NCBI GenBank assembly: GCA_026014495.1
Contig: JAOZIF010000150.1
Coordinates: forward strand, 1,131-65,130
Length of the DNA: 64,000 bases
Direction of reading: 5' to 3'
Source of the DNA: Candidatus Bathyarchaeum sp.
GTDB lineage: Archaea; Thermoproteota; Bathyarchaeia; Bathyarchaeales; Bathyarchaeaceae
Shown: one piece after another, positions 62,590 to 64,000 of the stretch
How positions within the stretch are numbered: the first letter of the stretch is position 1
How the letters are laid out: every line of letters starts with the position of its first letter
Translations under genes and position numbers: made by a program
Notes under the pieces: model-generated
Database searches by the model: none
What the model saw: the letters and a program-made list of their open reading frames with translations, nothing else
What the model was told of the DNA's origin: nothing

Positions 62590-62904
62590 GTGCTCATGAT
62601 TTTGTATGTGCTGCTGTTTGGTTTATGGGCTGCTTTAGTGGCTTATGTTTTTTGGTTCATTTTTAAGGCAAAAACTGTTCAACCTCTAACTTTAGACGAC
62701 CTTGCTTTAACTTGGAAGGTACATAAACAGCAGACCGGATGTAAATCATCTCGTATTCATGGACTAATAAAAGAAAATGATGAAATTATTGGATTCAAGT
62801 GTGATTGCGGCTACGAGTTCATTCAAAAACGCCTGATCAGTCAAAGACCTGTTGAGAGAACAGCAAAAATTAATCATGTGCAAAAACAACTCCAGATGCC
62901 ATGA
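62590..62904 (+). CDS. Membrane-anchored hypothetical protein with possible zinc ribbon
   Basis: N-terminal TM; H....GC and GFKCDCG. Confidence 0.65.
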   Translation: MLMILYVLLFGLWAALVAYVFWFIFKAKTVQPLTLDDLALTWKVHKQQTGCKSSRIHGLIKENDEIIGFKCDCGYEFIQKRLISQRPVERTAKINHVQKQLQMP

Positions 62905-62972
62905 GCCTTGAAAAAACTGTTCATAATTTATGTTGTGTACTCTAAACCAATGGTTTGTATGTTTTGATGTTT

Positions 62973-63875
62973 TCAAATCAATATGACTTGTTGATACGTT
63001 AGATAACCGCTTATCATCAAATTTGTTGTATGCACTAGTGCAATAATTACGAAATCTTTTGCAAAAGCCTCGCCTAACTTGAGCAGGGATTCTTTGTTGG
63101 CGCTAGAACCTCCAACGAGCAGATGACGGTTTTGAACTAAACGAAGCGATATGTAGCATATGAGCGCAGCGAGGATAACAAAGTAAAGTATGCTCAGTTT
63201 GAATAAGATGCCAACTAGAATCATAAGTGGGATAAGAGAATAACCCATAATTATTGTGAAATAAAGCCCACGTTTAAATCCTAACACAATTAGAATTGTT
63301 CGTGCGTGAGCATTAAAATCTGATTTGTAGTCTGCTAAGTCTTCCCATAAACTGTTGACTGCTGTGGACACACCAATAAGACTCAGCAACACAAGTATTT
63401 CAACAGAAAAAACATCAAAGAACGCAGCTACCATTAAAACAGGCACGGCACCAACAGAAAAATTCACTAGCGGTTTGTATATTGTCTGCCTGAGTCTAAA
63501 AGGCGGGACTGAATATACTACTCCCGCAAGTATCCCGATAAACACAAAAACAGTTACTAGCTGAATTCCAGTTATTGCGCCTAGGCTCATGGATAACGCA
63601 AAGAAAATTAATGATATACACAACCCAGTTCTTCCAAGATTCTTTGTATAATCAGCTCTGAGGGGGTCTGATTTGACGTCTAAATCAACGTCGTAAACGT
63701 TATTTATGGCGTCTACTCCGCTCCACCCACAAAACGCAACAAAACCAAGATATATTGCTCCAGATAACGTAGTGCTCTTTGCCATAAGAAAAGTTGAACC
63801 CATTGTAATCATAAACAGCATAATCCCTCTTTCAAAAGAAATGAAAGTGAGGAATCCCCTTATGTTGCGGAGCAT
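62973..63875 (-). CDS. UbiA family prenyltransferase
   Basis: NNVYDVDLD, YSVPPFRL, DLADYKSD motifs; multi-TM. Confidence 0.88.
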   Translation of the reverse strand: MLRNIRGFLTFISFERGIMLFMITMGSTFLMAKSTTLSGAIYLGFVAFCGWSGVDAINNVYDVDLDVKSDPLRADYTKNLGRTGLCISLIFFALSMSLGAITGIQLVTVFVFIGILAGVVYSVPPFRLRQTIYKPLVNFSVGAVPVLMVAAFFDVFSVEILVLLSLIGVSTAVNSLWEDLADYKSDFNAHARTILIVLGFKRGLYFTIIMGYSLIPLMILVGILFKLSILYFVILAALICYISLRLVQNRHLLVGGSSANKESLLKLGEAFAKDFVIIALVHTTNLMISGYLTYQQVILI

Positions 63876-64000
63876 ATCGTTTCTGGATTTGGATTATATA
63901 AAAACTTTTTGTGCATCAATCAGATGTTAAATCGGTAAATAGTTATCTGACTGGTTCTGTTGGAATTAAATCACTTCAATTTTTTCATGTTTGCTATTTT

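Noticed and set aside
62387-62599. 70-aa ORF upstream of the zinc-ribbon membrane gene
   Set aside because: No recognisable motif and atypical composition; more likely intergenic.

Overview
Gene-dense, AT-rich archaeal chromosomal segment, most likely Bathyarchaeia (inferred from the exosome/proteasome superoperon, RadA, Trm1, PEF-anchored beta-helix proteins and many lineage-type hypotheticals). Core content: ileS (3' part), cysteine synthase, ilvD, a cimA/leuA-ilvB-ilvN cluster, ilvC, psmA-SBDS-rrp4/41/42-rpl37ae-Brix-pcc1-pfdB, an ECF module, hxlB, aspartate kinase-hom-apgM, thioredoxin, copA-YHS, tRNA-Cys, radA, two-subunit fumarase, trm1 and a UbiA protein, interleaved with surface-protein genes. 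Signals the ORF track does not show: (1) four dispersed copies of a ~50-bp element with a dif/Xer-like arm-spacer-arm layout and a palindromic arm core found in both orientations, lying at core/accessory gene junctions; (2) a well-formed C/D box sRNA; (3) several small ORFs, including a 31-aa ultra-basic peptide and a 30-aa ORF just upstream of a B12 radical-SAM gene; (4) unusual fusions (GIY-YIG-like/DUF5752-like/Cren7-like; NAD kinase-GDPD); (5) a possible membrane-sensor/transcription-factor pair sharing a helical motif; (6) probable non-canonical starts and frameshifted genes. No CRISPR array, rRNA, transposase or integrase was seen. All family calls are from motif recognition, not database searches.
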